IMG/VR virus record: IMGVR_UViG_3300020043_004908
Span: 1-38,081 of that record
DNA length: 38,081 nt
Origin: a virus
Taxonomy: Duplodnaviria; Caudoviricetes
Strand: one strand, 5' to 3'
The notes under the pieces were generated by a model. It worked only from the letters and a program-made list of their open reading frames with translations. It had not been told where the DNA came from and searched no databases. The position numbers and the translations under genes are program-made. This document shows positions 8,258-17,888 of the stretch, piece after piece. Numbering within the stretch: position 1 is the stretch's first letter; every line of letters begins with the position of its first letter.

Positions 8258-8534
8258 TTGATTTCCTTTTTAACATAGTTATCACTGATGACTGTAGTTC
8301 AGGGATACCCTAACCACCATACGTAATTACCTAATCATTGCAGACTGTCACTATCAGCAAAGGCTCGTCATCCTGACACTGCCCCAAAAGTCGCCCAAGT
8401 ATCCCGTCACATACGCTGTTTTATGTCATCCAGACACGCCCCGTCATCAAGGGCGCAATCTACAAACTCGCTTTTATCCTGAATGGCACGATGCGACCAC
8501 ACTATTCACAGGGTTTGTCAAAATTCAGGCAACA

Positions 8535-8630
8535 AAAAAGGGCTGTATGGTGTAACCTGATGGCGGTGACTAGGTTTGTTCCTAGCCGCAGGTCACACTA
8601 TAAAGCCCTCTCTCATCCACCGCCAAGTAG
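8535..8630 (-). ncRNA. Structured leader/antisense RNA, C4- or P4 CI-like
   Basis: 21-bp outer stem (8539-8559 with 8589-8609), inner hairpin CTAGG/CCTAG, U-tract, and an 8-nt complement TGGCGGTG (8561-8568) / CACCGCCA (8618-8625). Confidence 0.55.
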
Positions 8631-8639
8631 ACAAGGCGA

Positions 8640-8682
8640 ATCATATCGCACCATTGCCACCATTGCAAGCCTTTGCTATAAT
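8640..8682. promoter_or_regulatory. Overlapping divergent sigma70 promoters
   Basis: Minus: TTGCAA (8668-8663), 17 bp, TATGAT (8645-8640). Plus: TTGCCA (8654-8659), 17 bp, TGc-TATAAT (8677-8682). Confidence 0.7.
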
Positions 8683-8763
8683 AATCGTGCATTTCTATAC
8701 CTTGCTAACGATTTAAGTCGAGTGAGTGATGATGCACCCGCGAAGCCACAAGCCTAGCGGGTA

Positions 8764-8898
8764 TTAATTCAACAACAGCACGATGATTTCCTTGGCCACT
8801 GCGATAATATCAGCAGCAAAGTAGGTCGTAGTGTTCCAAGTGCCGAAGCAGAGCACACAGAATCCGGCGTTTAGTGCGATTTCAGCCCAGGCTTTCAT
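8764..8898 (-). CDS. 44-aa hydrophobic protein
   Basis: GGAGG RBS, TAATG coupling; MKAWAEIALNAGFCVLCF... Confidence 0.55.
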   Translation of the reverse strand: MKAWAEIALNAGFCVLCFGTWNTTTYFAADIIAVAKEIIVLLLN

Positions 8899-9050
8899 TA
8901 GACACCTCCAATAACAACAGCGAGAGAGTAGGCAAACGGCACTAGACACGCTAGGCAGGCCACCAAGAGCCAAAAGTGCTGCCATGCTGTAGGCCGGTCG
9001 TCATCTAGCAGGACGGGATTGTGGCGGGAAAGGTGCTTGTAGTCGATCAT
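8898..9050 (-). CDS. 50-aa membrane protein (not in ORF track)
   Basis: GAGGA RBS; MIDYKHLSRHNPVLLDDDRPTAWQHFWLLVACLACLVPFAYSLAVVIGGV. Confidence 0.6.
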   Translation of the reverse strand: MIDYKHLSRHNPVLLDDDRPTAWQHFWLLVACLACLVPFAYSLAVVIGGV

Positions 9051-9105
9051 GGCAATTCCTCTCAGGGTTATATGCTCAAGGCATGACGCTATGTTATACA
9101 GTAAC

Positions 9106-9309
9106 TCAGGCAGTGGAATTGTGGATAATACCTACGCCAGTATCCCAAGTTTTCATTGTTTCAGCTATTTCTCTTGGCCTAACTATTACTTTATTGCTTT
9201 GATGCGTAGTAAATGCCAAGCCTGTACCCTCGGCATCCTGGGTAGTTCCTTGGTATTTCAGCGGCCCGTAATGGTTGTGGGTGTATATTTTCCCGATTGT
9301 AAAAAACAT
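9106..9309 (-). CDS. Hypothetical protein
   Basis: ORF with AGGTGGA RBS. Confidence 0.5.
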   Translation of the reverse strand: MFFTIGKIYTHNHYGPLKYQGTTQDAEGTGLAFTTHQSNKVIVRPREIAETMKTWDTGVGIIHNSTA

Positions 9310-9417
9310 TTATTTGTCCACCTGTGTGATTAGTACCTAGATTATCCATTGCTATCATAATCTGCAATATGTTATGATTGGGCATTATACGGCATCACAT
9401 AAACACGGGGAAACATT

Positions 9418-9705
9418 ATGGCAGGCGACAAGAAAGACATTAGACAAGCTGCATCAAGCGCCACAACTGCTATAAAACGGGGTGCTGACGGTGGCAAGGT
9501 TGCAGCAACGAGGGTAAAGGCAAAGACAAAGACAGCAGCAGAGCTGGCAGCCGAAGCAGTAGCAAAGGCAGCCGAAGCCAAGTCAGATGCCGTAACGATG
9601 CTGAAAGAAAAGGACGCAGCAGAAGCAGCACGCAAGGCAGGAGCAGAAGCAAACAAGAAGAAAAAGAAATCAGCAGTTGATATTTTCATGGACAGCACAA
9701 CATGA
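9418..9705 (+). CDS. Ala/Lys-rich hypothetical protein
   Basis: First plus-strand ORF; GGGG RBS; low complexity. Confidence 0.6.
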   Translation: MAGDKKDIRQAASSATTAIKRGADGGKVAATRVKAKTKTAAELAAEAVAKAAEAKSDAVTMLKEKDAAEAARKAGAEANKKKKKSAVDIFMDSTT

Positions 9706-9833
9706 GCAGAGCAAAGGGAAGCAAGAACAAGCCAAAGCCAGAAGCAAAGCCGGTAGAGTTGCCACCAATATCCACGCGACCAGTACCTAGACGCGATGGT
9801 GTCTACACCAAGCCAGCACCAAGGCCAGAATGA
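9702..9833 (+). CDS. 43-aa protein with an AT-hook-like N-terminus (not in ORF track)
   Basis: MSRAKGSKNKPKPE...; ATGA-coupled at both ends. Confidence 0.55.
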   Translation: MSRAKGSKNKPKPEAKPVELPPISTRPVPRRDGVYTKPAPRPE

Positions 9834-10069
9834 CAGACATTAAAGAACTGATACTCGCCAACGATCCAGAGTCAGAGGTAATCCGACTATCTGCCAGGCT
9901 GTGCATGATGCAGCAAGAGATAGATAGATTGGTATCAGACAGAGATTCACTCCCGATGGGATGGGTAGCCGTTAAGATCAACGACAATACTATTAGAATC
10001 AACGCCTTAGATTCAGATGGCAACTTCTGCCACTGGATACTATCAACCGACAAAGACTTACAAGGCTAA
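9830..10069 (+). CDS. Hypothetical protein
   Basis: Translationally coupled ORF. Confidence 0.55.
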   Translation: MTDIKELILANDPESEVIRLSARLCMMQQEIDRLVSDRDSLPMGWVAVKINDNTIRINALDSDGNFCHWILSTDKDLQG

Positions 10070-10366
10070 ATGAGAATGGTTGCTATATTGACAAACTTCA
10101 ATATAGATGCTAAAACGCGAATAGCTTTTTCGGCGCGTCAGGATAGACAGATAGATTGGTTTCGGGTCATCGTTGAATTGAAAGGCCGTGGATACACTCT
10201 AGACAAGATTAGCAGCTCGATTGGAGTGCCTCGTACAACGGTTCACAGTTGGACAACAGACACCTGTTCACCTAGATACATAGACGGCATTGCCCTGATG
10301 GACCTGTGGGAGACTGTAGTTGCATCGCCTCCAATTATCCGACATACAGGAAACCGGATGCCGTGA
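10070..10366 (+). CDS. HTH protein, candidate late-gene regulator
   Basis: IDWFRVIVEL...GY....I...IGVPRTTV.SW...PRY.DG.AL..LW; immediately precedes the structural operon. Confidence 0.7.
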   Translation: MRMVAILTNFNIDAKTRIAFSARQDRQIDWFRVIVELKGRGYTLDKISSSIGVPRTTVHSWTTDTCSPRYIDGIALMDLWETVVASPPIIRHTGNRMP

Positions 10367-10377
10367 TGTATGACAAT
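10344..10377 (+). promoter_or_regulatory. Late promoter motif, copy 1
   Basis: ATACAGGAAACCGGATG, 11 bp, GACAAT. Confidence 0.75.
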
Positions 10378-10402
10378 CGCGCAACATTGAGAGGATTGTA
10401 TT

Positions 10403-10636
10403 ATGTGCGGATCAAAACCCAAGAAGCCCAAAGCACCGCCAAAGGTTGTTGAGCGTGATCTCAAAGCAGAGCAAGAGGCGGCAGCGGCAAAGGCAGCAGC
10501 AACTGCAAACCAGGAAGCGGCAGAGGCTAGGCAAGCGAAGGGCAAGATGATGCAAGCCAAGGCAGCTGGTAGTGCAGCCAAGGCAAACACCATGCAAGCC
10601 AGCGCAACCTCTGGAGCAAAGAAACTTGGCGGTTGA
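10403..10636 (+). CDS. Small Ala/Lys-rich pre-portal protein
   Basis: GAGGA RBS; MCG.KPK..K.P... start typical of the small gene before podoviral portals. Confidence 0.7.
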   Translation: MCGSKPKKPKAPPKVVERDLKAEQEAAAAKAAATANQEAAEARQAKGKMMQAKAAGSAAKANTMQASATSGAKKLGG

Positions 10637-12230
10637 TGCTCAACAGCTCTGCAAAAGACTTGCACAGCTTAAATCTGTCCGATCACCGCTTGAATCAATC
10701 TGGCGTGATTGCTATCTAGTATCGTCACCTGTTAGGGCGCATGGCCTTGAAGGTGAGATCATGGACGGCACGAGTCTTCCGTCTGCCAAGGCACGGATAA
10801 TGGATGGCGTGACAGGGGATAGTGTTCGACTGCTATCATCGTCAATCGCCTCCGGTTTGCACCCTAGTAATGCCCAGTGGTTCGAGTTGGACGTTGGTGA
10901 GTCAAGCGAAGACGAGAAACAATGGCTAGACGATGCCGCTGAAACCATATACAACAACATCCACGCTAGTAACTTTGACGCTGAAAGCTTTGAAGCCTTG
11001 GGAGATGTGGTAATAGCAGGCTGGTTTTGCCTGTATGTCGAGGAAGACAAAGAGAAAGGCGGTCTGGTATTTCAACAGTGGCCGCTTGCTTCATGTTACA
11101 TCACGTCAACCCGTGCTGATGGTCGGATTGATACGGTAGTACGCGAGTATTCATTGACGGCTAATCAATGCGTCAGGGAGTTTGGTGAGGATAAGGTTAG
11201 CGAGAAAGTGCGTCAGATGGTCGCTGACAAGAAAGGTGACGATTCTGTAAAGCTGGCTATCCAGATACAGCCTAGATCACTCAAGATTGACAACCCAAAG
11301 AATGCGAAAGAAATGCCGTTCGAGTCTGTCACTATTGAGATAGACCACAAGCACACAGTAAAAGAGTCAGGCTATCACGAGTTCCCTTGTGTCATACCTC
11401 GTTGGGTGAGAGTGCCTGATACATTCTACGGGGTAGGCCCAGTCCTAGACGCACTGCCTGATTCAATGATGTTGAACAAGATGAAGACGCTACACTTGGC
11501 AAATGCTGAGTTAAACGTTGCAGGCATGTGGATTGCAGAAGATGACGGGGTATTAAACCCTCGGTCTATCAAGGTTGGCCCGCGTAAGATTATCGTTGCC
11601 AACTCTGTAGACTCGATGAAGCCATTGAATCCTCCTGGCAATTGGCAGTTAGCGCAAGAAGAAATAAAGCTGGCACAGGCATCTATCCGTAAGATACTGA
11701 TGTCAGACCAGCTACAACCTCAAGACGGGCCCGCAATGACTGCGACCGAGGTTCATGTGCGTCAACAGTTGATTAGGCAGCTACTTGGCCCAGTGTTTGG
11801 CAGGTTTCAAGCTGAGTACCTACAGCCTCTCATTGAGCGCGTGTTCGGCATTCTGTACCGTGCTGGCGTGTTCTCACAGCCTCCTGAGACTTTGTTGGGC
11901 AAAGAGTACAAGATTAAGTACATCAGCCCTATGGCACGAGCGCAGAAGCTGGAAGACATCACAGCTATTGAGCGGTTCATGCAGGATGTTGGTGCTATTG
12001 CACAGATGAAGCCTGAAGTATTAGACCTGATTGATGGTGATGAAATGGTCAGGCTGTTACAGGAAGGCATGGGCGCACCTACCGAGATAATCAAGAAGAA
12101 GCAGGTTGTCGAGCAGGAAAGGGCAGAGCGTGCTGAACAACAACAACAACAGCAACAGCAAGCAATGATTGCTGAGATGGCAACCCGTGCAGCTCCACAA
12201 ATTGCACAGGGGGCAATGAATGCCGGTTAA
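10626..12230 (+). CDS. Portal (head-tail connector)
   Basis: About 534 aa; WF.L, PRW....YG.GP...ALPD...LN and MTATEV motifs; start reassigned to TTG 10626 after GGAG. Confidence 0.92.
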   Translation: MAVDAQQLCKRLAQLKSVRSPLESIWRDCYLVSSPVRAHGLEGEIMDGTSLPSAKARIMDGVTGDSVRLLSSSIASGLHPSNAQWFELDVGESSEDEKQWLDDAAETIYNNIHASNFDAESFEALGDVVIAGWFCLYVEEDKEKGGLVFQQWPLASCYITSTRADGRIDTVVREYSLTANQCVREFGEDKVSEKVRQMVADKKGDDSVKLAIQIQPRSLKIDNPKNAKEMPFESVTIEIDHKHTVKESGYHEFPCVIPRWVRVPDTFYGVGPVLDALPDSMMLNKMKTLHLANAELNVAGMWIAEDDGVLNPRSIKVGPRKIIVANSVDSMKPLNPPGNWQLAQEEIKLAQASIRKILMSDQLQPQDGPAMTATEVHVRQQLIRQLLGPVFGRFQAEYLQPLIERVFGILYRAGVFSQPPETLLGKEYKIKYISPMARAQKLEDITAIERFMQDVGAIAQMKPEVLDLIDGDEMVRLLQEGMGAPTEIIKKKQVVEQERAERAEQQQQQQQQAMIAEMATRAAPQIAQGAMNAG

Positions 12231-12426
12231 GGTTGATTGCTTCACGTTTGCGAAAGTATTTGAAGACAGGGGTAATGGTGAGGCGGTGTTGAACCATCTC
12301 ACCCAAATGTATTGGAAGAACCCCTACACACCCGAATCGACAACTGAAACCGCATACAAGGCGGGGCAGATGGCGGTATTAGACTACATCATAACCCAAC
12401 TAAATGAGGCACATTCAAATGACTGA
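12220..12426 (+). CDS. Bbp19-like small protein
   Basis: VF....G..VL..L.......TAY..GQ..V..YI; post-portal position. Confidence 0.7.
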   Translation: MPVKVDCFTFAKVFEDRGNGEAVLNHLTQMYWKNPYTPESTTETAYKAGQMAVLDYIITQLNEAHSND

Positions 12427-13237
12427 TGAAGCAGCCGCGCAAGCGACAACTGACGAACAGACAACACAAGAACCTACCGCACTACAACAAGCAGCACAAG
12501 AAACCCAAGCTGCACCAGTAACAGCAACGCCAGCCGACAAGATACCTGAGAAGTTCCGCACCTTGAAAGAGGATGGCACTGTTGACCTCGAAGCATCATC
12601 GGCAAAGATGGCAGAGTCATATAGCTATCTGGAGAAAAAGCTAGGCAGTGGCGATGCTCCACCAAAGTCTGCTGATGAATATCAGGTAACCTTTAGCGAG
12701 GATACCCCGATAGCGTTTGAAGACATCAAAGATGACCCTGTTATGCAGGACTTCATGCAGGGCGCACATCAGCATGGTCTGACCAATGCACAGGTGTCGT
12801 ATGTGCTTGACCAATATCTAAAAGTATTGCCGTCTGACATTGAAGCGCATTCTGAGTTACGGGCGAATGATGCTATTGCTACGCTGAAAGAAACAACATG
12901 GAAGGATGACGCATCGTTGAAAGCCGGTCTGTCTGATGCCTATCGTGCTGTTTCTACAGTGGCAGGTGATGACGCTGAGTATCTTATGGACAAGTACGGC
13001 AATGACCCGGCGTTTATCAGGTTTGCTGCCATGTTTGGCAATGGGATGCGGGAAGATTCAGCTCCCCAGGCTATGCAGATGATACCGGCTGAACAGTTTG
13101 CCGAGGCATCGCAGTCTATTACCCAACAGCTAATGGAAATGAAGTCCAACGATCCGCGCAGGGCAGGACTGTTACGCAAGCAGGAAGAGATGTACGCGAA
13201 ACAGTACGGCAATGCCCCTGCCCACGGGCTTGGTTAA
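12419..13237 (+). CDS. Capsid scaffolding/assembly protein
   Basis: Acidic; IPEKF...S.YLEKKLG..P.SA.EY, GL..AQ and GNDP.FI...G..MRED; between portal and capsid. Confidence 0.8.
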   Translation: MTDEAAAQATTDEQTTQEPTALQQAAQETQAAPVTATPADKIPEKFRTLKEDGTVDLEASSAKMAESYSYLEKKLGSGDAPPKSADEYQVTFSEDTPIAFEDIKDDPVMQDFMQGAHQHGLTNAQVSYVLDQYLKVLPSDIEAHSELRANDAIATLKETTWKDDASLKAGLSDAYRAVSTVAGDDAEYLMDKYGNDPAFIRFAAMFGNGMREDSAPQAMQMIPAEQFAEASQSITQQLMEMKSNDPRRAGLLRKQEEMYAKQYGNAPAHGLG

Positions 13238-13271
13238 ATACAGGAAACCGGATGGTGGTTGTAGGTACTAT
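13238..13271 (+). promoter_or_regulatory. Late promoter motif, copy 2
   Basis: ATACAGGAAACCGGATG, 11 bp, TACTAT. Confidence 0.75.
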
Positions 13272-13375
13272 TCCCTGCAACTACCGCCACTTCGGTGATA
13301 ACGGTGGATTTATAGAGTCCAGCATGGTGCTGACAAACTCGAACAAATCAAATCAATCAACCGGAGGGACATATT

Positions 13376-14275
13376 ATGTCCAATCAAATTACAGAAGCAT
13401 TTCGTCAGCAGTTCGCTGACAACTTCATGCATGTAGCGCAACAGACTGAATCTGTTCTTGAGCGTGCTGTTACTGTTGTGCCTAACATTCAAGGCGCATC
13501 AAAGTCTATCAATCGTCTTGGCAAGCGTGCTGCACAGCGCCGTACTGTCCGTCACGGTGATACCCCAATCAACGAACAAGCGCATTCAACACGTTACATC
13601 GACCTTTACGACTGGGAAGATGGCGATATGATTGATGATCTTGACCTCGTGCGTACTCTGATTGATCCAAAGTCAGATTATGTGAAGGGTATGATTAGTG
13701 GTCTGAACCGTGCGAAGGATGCCGTAATCATTGCTGCTTTGGGCGCTGCTGCCCGTTCAGGTGCGAGTACTACTGCTTCAATGGCTGCTGCTAACCGTGA
13801 GCTAACTAACGCAGTTCTGAACAAAGCCAAGCTGATTGCTGCTCGTGAATATTTCCGTGCTAACGACTGCGATGAAGAAACAGGCGAAGAGTTGTACATG
13901 GTGATTGGCTCTAGTGCGTTGGGCGACCTGCTCACTGACAGCACGTTGTCCACTGCTGAGTACAACACCATTGCAGATTGGCACGCTGGCAACATCAAGA
14001 CTGGTAAGGTGATGGGCTTCAACCTGATCCATACTAACCTCGTGCCTGCTTGTACAACTACAACTGGCCCTGGCGGTACTGGTGTTTATCCTGCAACTGG
14101 CAAGTGCGTGTATGCATTCGCTAAATCAGGTGTTGCATTGGGAATCGGCAAAGACAAGACCATCACAGTAGGTGTTGATCCTTCTAAAGGCTTCAACACT
14201 CGTGTGTATGCAAAAATGGCCTTGGGTGCGGTTCGCATCGAAGAAGAAAAAGTTTATGAAATCTTTGCATCTTAA
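13376..14275 (+). CDS. Major capsid protein
   Basis: MS.QIT.AF.QQF..N.....QQ..S.L; LIDP.S.Y; R.KD..II.A; GAVRIEE.KV. Confidence 0.9.
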   Translation: MSNQITEAFRQQFADNFMHVAQQTESVLERAVTVVPNIQGASKSINRLGKRAAQRRTVRHGDTPINEQAHSTRYIDLYDWEDGDMIDDLDLVRTLIDPKSDYVKGMISGLNRAKDAVIIAALGAAARSGASTTASMAAANRELTNAVLNKAKLIAAREYFRANDCDEETGEELYMVIGSSALGDLLTDSTLSTAEYNTIADWHAGNIKTGKVMGFNLIHTNLVPACTTTTGPGGTGVYPATGKCVYAFAKSGVALGIGKDKTITVGVDPSKGFNTRVYAKMALGAVRIEEEKVYEIFAS

Positions 14276-14285
14276 GGGGTGATTT

Positions 14286-14795
14286 ATGACCGTAGTTAAT
14301 GTAAAAAGTACAATCGTCACCAATGCGGATGCATCCACTCAGACTCTCAACAAAAAGGGTCTGGAGGGTGGCATTGTAAAGGTAGCTCGTGGAACCGTTG
14401 AGACAACCAATGGCGATGACATCGGGAGCAAGTATCGCTTTTGTCGTCTGCCAAGCCGCGCACGTATCGTTAGTATGCAGTTATGGTCTGATGATATTGG
14501 CACGACTACCATTGCAGACTTCGGGTTATACCGTACTGCTGCTGATGGCGCTGCTGTTGTTGATGCTGACTGCTTCGCGTCTGCTGTATCGCTCAAGGAT
14601 GGCGCAATAGCTGGCACAATGATTCAGCACGAGTCAGCTGTTTATGGTGTTGAGGATGTAGAAATGCAATTGTGGGAAATCGCAGGCGCAACTTCTGATC
14701 CGAACATTATGTATGACGTGACCGCTACACTGACTGCCGCTGCTGATGCTGCGGGTACAATCAGTCTGTTAGTGTTCTACTCAGAAGGTAACTAA
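14286..14795 (+). CDS. Capsid cement/decoration protein
   Basis: Beta-rich protein directly after the MCP and before a terminator. Confidence 0.65.
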   Translation: MTVVNVKSTIVTNADASTQTLNKKGLEGGIVKVARGTVETTNGDDIGSKYRFCRLPSRARIVSMQLWSDDIGTTTIADFGLYRTAADGAAVVDADCFASAVSLKDGAIAGTMIQHESAVYGVEDVEMQLWEIAGATSDPNIMYDVTATLTAAADAAGTISLLVFYSEGN

Positions 14796-14803
14796 GTAAT
14801 ACT

Positions 14804-14830
14804 CCCCGCTGCTTCGGTGGCGGGGTTTCC
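14804..14830 (+). terminator. Intrinsic terminator after the capsid genes
   Basis: CCCCGCTGC-TTCG-GTGGCGGGG followed by TTTCC. Confidence 0.75.
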
Positions 14831-14850
14831 TAATTCTAAAGGGGTTGTGC

Positions 14851-15423
14851 ATGGCAACTGATGTGAGTATTTGTTCTAATGCTTTACTGATGTTGGGCGC
14901 ACAGCCTATCAATTCTTTGACTGAGAACAATGACCGCGCCAGACTTTGTAATTCTCTGTTCGATTCTGTTCGTGATGATGTGCTACGTTCGCACTTCTGG
15001 AATTGCGCGACTAAACGAGTATCTATTGCGCCAGATACTGACGCACCCGCGTTTGATTACACTTATCAATTCACTCTCCCGTCTGACTGGATAAGAATTG
15101 TTTCGTGTGGTGAGTACGGGTACGAGGTAGATTATCGGCAGGAAGGTCGCAAGATTCTATGCTCTGAGTCAACGCTCAAGCTGACGTACATCTACAAGAA
15201 TGAAGACGTTACCACATGGGATGTATCGTTAATCAATGCGATGCAGCACGCTATGGCTGCAAAGGTTGCCTATGCTATCACTCAGTCTGCAAGCATGGCA
15301 CAGGTAATGGATCAGCAGCTTTCAATGTACATGAAGCGTGCAAGGGCTGTCGATGGTCAAGATAATCCACCTGAAACCATGGGCGACTTCCCACTGTTGG
15401 CTGCCCGATATGGTGCTTGGTAA
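14851..15423 (+). CDS. Tail tubular protein A / adaptor
   Basis: MAT.VSICSNAL..LG..PI.SL; LR.H.WN.A.KR; Y.F.LP.D. Confidence 0.85.
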   Translation: MATDVSICSNALLMLGAQPINSLTENNDRARLCNSLFDSVRDDVLRSHFWNCATKRVSIAPDTDAPAFDYTYQFTLPSDWIRIVSCGEYGYEVDYRQEGRKILCSESTLKLTYIYKNEDVTTWDVSLINAMQHAMAAKVAYAITQSASMAQVMDQQLSMYMKRARAVDGQDNPPETMGDFPLLAARYGAW

Positions 15424-17888
15424 TGCCAAGAGTTACCGTAGCACAGTCTAATTTCACGGCTGGAGAGATAAGCCCTAGATTATACGGTAGGTCTGACTTA
15501 GCCCGTTATCTGGCTGGAGCTAAAGAGGTAACCAATGGGATTGTATTACAGCACGGTGGCATTCGCAGGCGTGATGGTACTGTTTTCGTTACTAATGCTG
15601 GCAGCTCTAATTCTGTTAGATTGATTCGTTATGTGCTTGACCGCACGCAGGCTTATTGTCTGGAGTTTGGTGCTGGGTACATCCGGTTCTTTACTGACTC
15701 AGGTGCTGTTGTAGACGTGAACAATGCCGTCTATCAGATTACAACGACCTATACTCAGTCAGAATTAAAGGAATTGAGCTACACGCAGGCAGGCGATCAG
15801 ATGTTTATCGCTCACCGCAATCATCCATTGGCACGATTAACTAGATTGGCACATGATTCATGGACGTTGTCTGACGTTGAGTATGTCAATCAGCCCGTTA
15901 AGGAAGATTTATGGAAGCCAAAGTGTACGCTGACTCTTGATGTTGCCAGTGTTGGGGTAGGCCGTAATGCATACGCCGCTGTGTTCAGGACTTCCGATTA
16001 TAGGATTGACGCATCAGGAACAAACGTCAGCCGCAGGATTTACTCGGTCGGTGGTGGTGAGGCAATCATAACAGCCAATGCTCATGGGCTGCCAACCTCA
16101 TCTATAAAGCACACGATAGAAATAATAAAGCCATTCGAGTCATTGACAATCAATCATCTGGATTGGTGGATGGATGGCCAGCCTCAAGTGCCTTTAACCA
16201 TTGCCGCTGCATCATTGGCCGCTGGGTCTGCTATCACCTTGTCGTATGGGACAGACGGTGCATCAACGGTAGGGGCCGTGTCGTATGCACAAGACACTAC
16301 CTATAACGGGTCTAATGCTATCCGGTTTGTATACTCAGGCCTTATCACTAATTGCAACATTGGCGACATTATCAAGGTCACAGACACTACGGGGAAAATT
16401 TTCTATTACGATGTTGTTGTTGGTGGCACTACACAATGCACAGTAGTTGCCAAGGGTACTGAGAGCGCAACTCTATTCACTGGCGCAATCATTTATAGAT
16501 ACGCTACCACATTCGCCTCAGGTGCTAACGTTGCCACTGCTGACGATGTAGGGTCGATTATATCAATCAATAGCGGTTATGTGCTTGTAACAGGTGCAAC
16601 AGCATCATCTTATATCGGCACTATCCAGAAGACTCTGACCAGTGCGGTATCCCCTGGGGCTAATGCTTGGGCTGTTATGCGTCCTGCGTGGACTGCTGAC
16701 AGCGGTTATCCTGCAACAGTCACTAGCTATGAACAAAGACTCGTAGTGTCAGGTACAGCGTTCAGCCCTAATACTGTATGGTTCTCTCGCATCGGGAATT
16801 ATCTTGATTTTCTGCCTGGTTCATTGGATGACGATGCGTTGTCTGTAACGATTGCAGGTAGTGAGCAGGCTGACATTGTTCACCTGATGCAGGGTAAAGC
16901 ATTGGTGGCAATGGCTAGTAATGGGGAATACTCGTTTGCTGGGGGTGTTGAGAAGCCTATTGCGCCGACAAATATACAGATCAAGAATCAGTCAGTATTT
17001 GGCTGTTCTTATGTCCGTCCGCAGAGGATTGGAAATGAGTTGTACTTTGTGCAGCGTGCGGGCCGTAAGCTAAGGGCATTCACTTACAAGTATGACTCGG
17101 ATGATTATGGCGCTCCAGACTTGTCGATTATGTCTGAGCATTTGACCGAGGGCGGCATTGTAGACATGGCTTATAACCCAGAGCCTGAGTCTATCTTGTG
17201 GCTGGTTCGGGCTGATGGTGACTTGGTATCTGTGACGATTGAGCGAGAGAATGATGTTGTTGCTTGGGCGCATCATGAAACGGATGGATTGGTCGAGTCT
17301 GTGTGCAGTGTTCCGTCTACTGATGGGGACACTTTGTGGCTGTGTGTTAATCGTGATGGTGTCAGGATGATTGAGCGCATGGATTCTGATGTGTTGTTGG
17401 ACTCTTGTGTTATTGGTACGGGTTCATCGTCTGCCGTGTGGTCAGGGCTTGGGCATCTTGAGGGCAAGACCGTATCAGTTCTTGCCGATGGCGTTGTGTT
17501 GGATGATGTTGTTGTAAGTGGTGGCAGTGTTACGATTGGCCGTGAGGCAACGAGTGTTGTGATTGGCTTACCTTATACGACAACCATTGAGACATTGATG
17601 CAGGATTTCGGCACGGGCAATGGTTCGATACATGGCAATTCCAATCGAATTGGCGAGATAACAATACGGTTTCTCAATACGAATGGGTGTAAAATAAACG
17701 GCGATTATGTAGCGTTTCGCAGGCTTGATACGTCTATTCTGGATGATGCGCCTAGTGTGTTCACTGGATTGCATAGGATGGAGTTATTGGGCTGGAGTCG
17801 TGGCGATGTGTCGGTGGTTATCAAGCAGGAAGACCCGCTACCGTTTCACGTTCAGCAAGTGATATACAAATTCCAGAGTAATGATTGA
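15423..17888 (+). CDS. Tail tubular protein B / nozzle
   Basis: NFTAGEISP.L.GR.DL..Y; GYP..V...EQRL; FVQR.GRKLR; V.AW..H. Confidence 0.88.
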   Translation: MPRVTVAQSNFTAGEISPRLYGRSDLARYLAGAKEVTNGIVLQHGGIRRRDGTVFVTNAGSSNSVRLIRYVLDRTQAYCLEFGAGYIRFFTDSGAVVDVNNAVYQITTTYTQSELKELSYTQAGDQMFIAHRNHPLARLTRLAHDSWTLSDVEYVNQPVKEDLWKPKCTLTLDVASVGVGRNAYAAVFRTSDYRIDASGTNVSRRIYSVGGGEAIITANAHGLPTSSIKHTIEIIKPFESLTINHLDWWMDGQPQVPLTIAAASLAAGSAITLSYGTDGASTVGAVSYAQDTTYNGSNAIRFVYSGLITNCNIGDIIKVTDTTGKIFYYDVVVGGTTQCTVVAKGTESATLFTGAIIYRYATTFASGANVATADDVGSIISINSGYVLVTGATASSYIGTIQKTLTSAVSPGANAWAVMRPAWTADSGYPATVTSYEQRLVVSGTAFSPNTVWFSRIGNYLDFLPGSLDDDALSVTIAGSEQADIVHLMQGKALVAMASNGEYSFAGGVEKPIAPTNIQIKNQSVFGCSYVRPQRIGNELYFVQRAGRKLRAFTYKYDSDDYGAPDLSIMSEHLTEGGIVDMAYNPEPESILWLVRADGDLVSVTIERENDVVAWAHHETDGLVESVCSVPSTDGDTLWLCVNRDGVRMIERMDSDVLLDSCVIGTGSSSAVWSGLGHLEGKTVSVLADGVVLDDVVVSGGSVTIGREATSVVIGLPYTTTIETLMQDFGTGNGSIHGNSNRIGEITIRFLNTNGCKINGDYVAFRRLDTSILDDAPSVFTGLHRMELLGWSRGDVSVVIKQEDPLPFHVQQVIYKFQSND

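Noticed and set aside
8491-8757. Plus-strand 88-aa ORF
   Set aside because: Overlaps the structured RNA and promoters; no RBS or recognisable motif.
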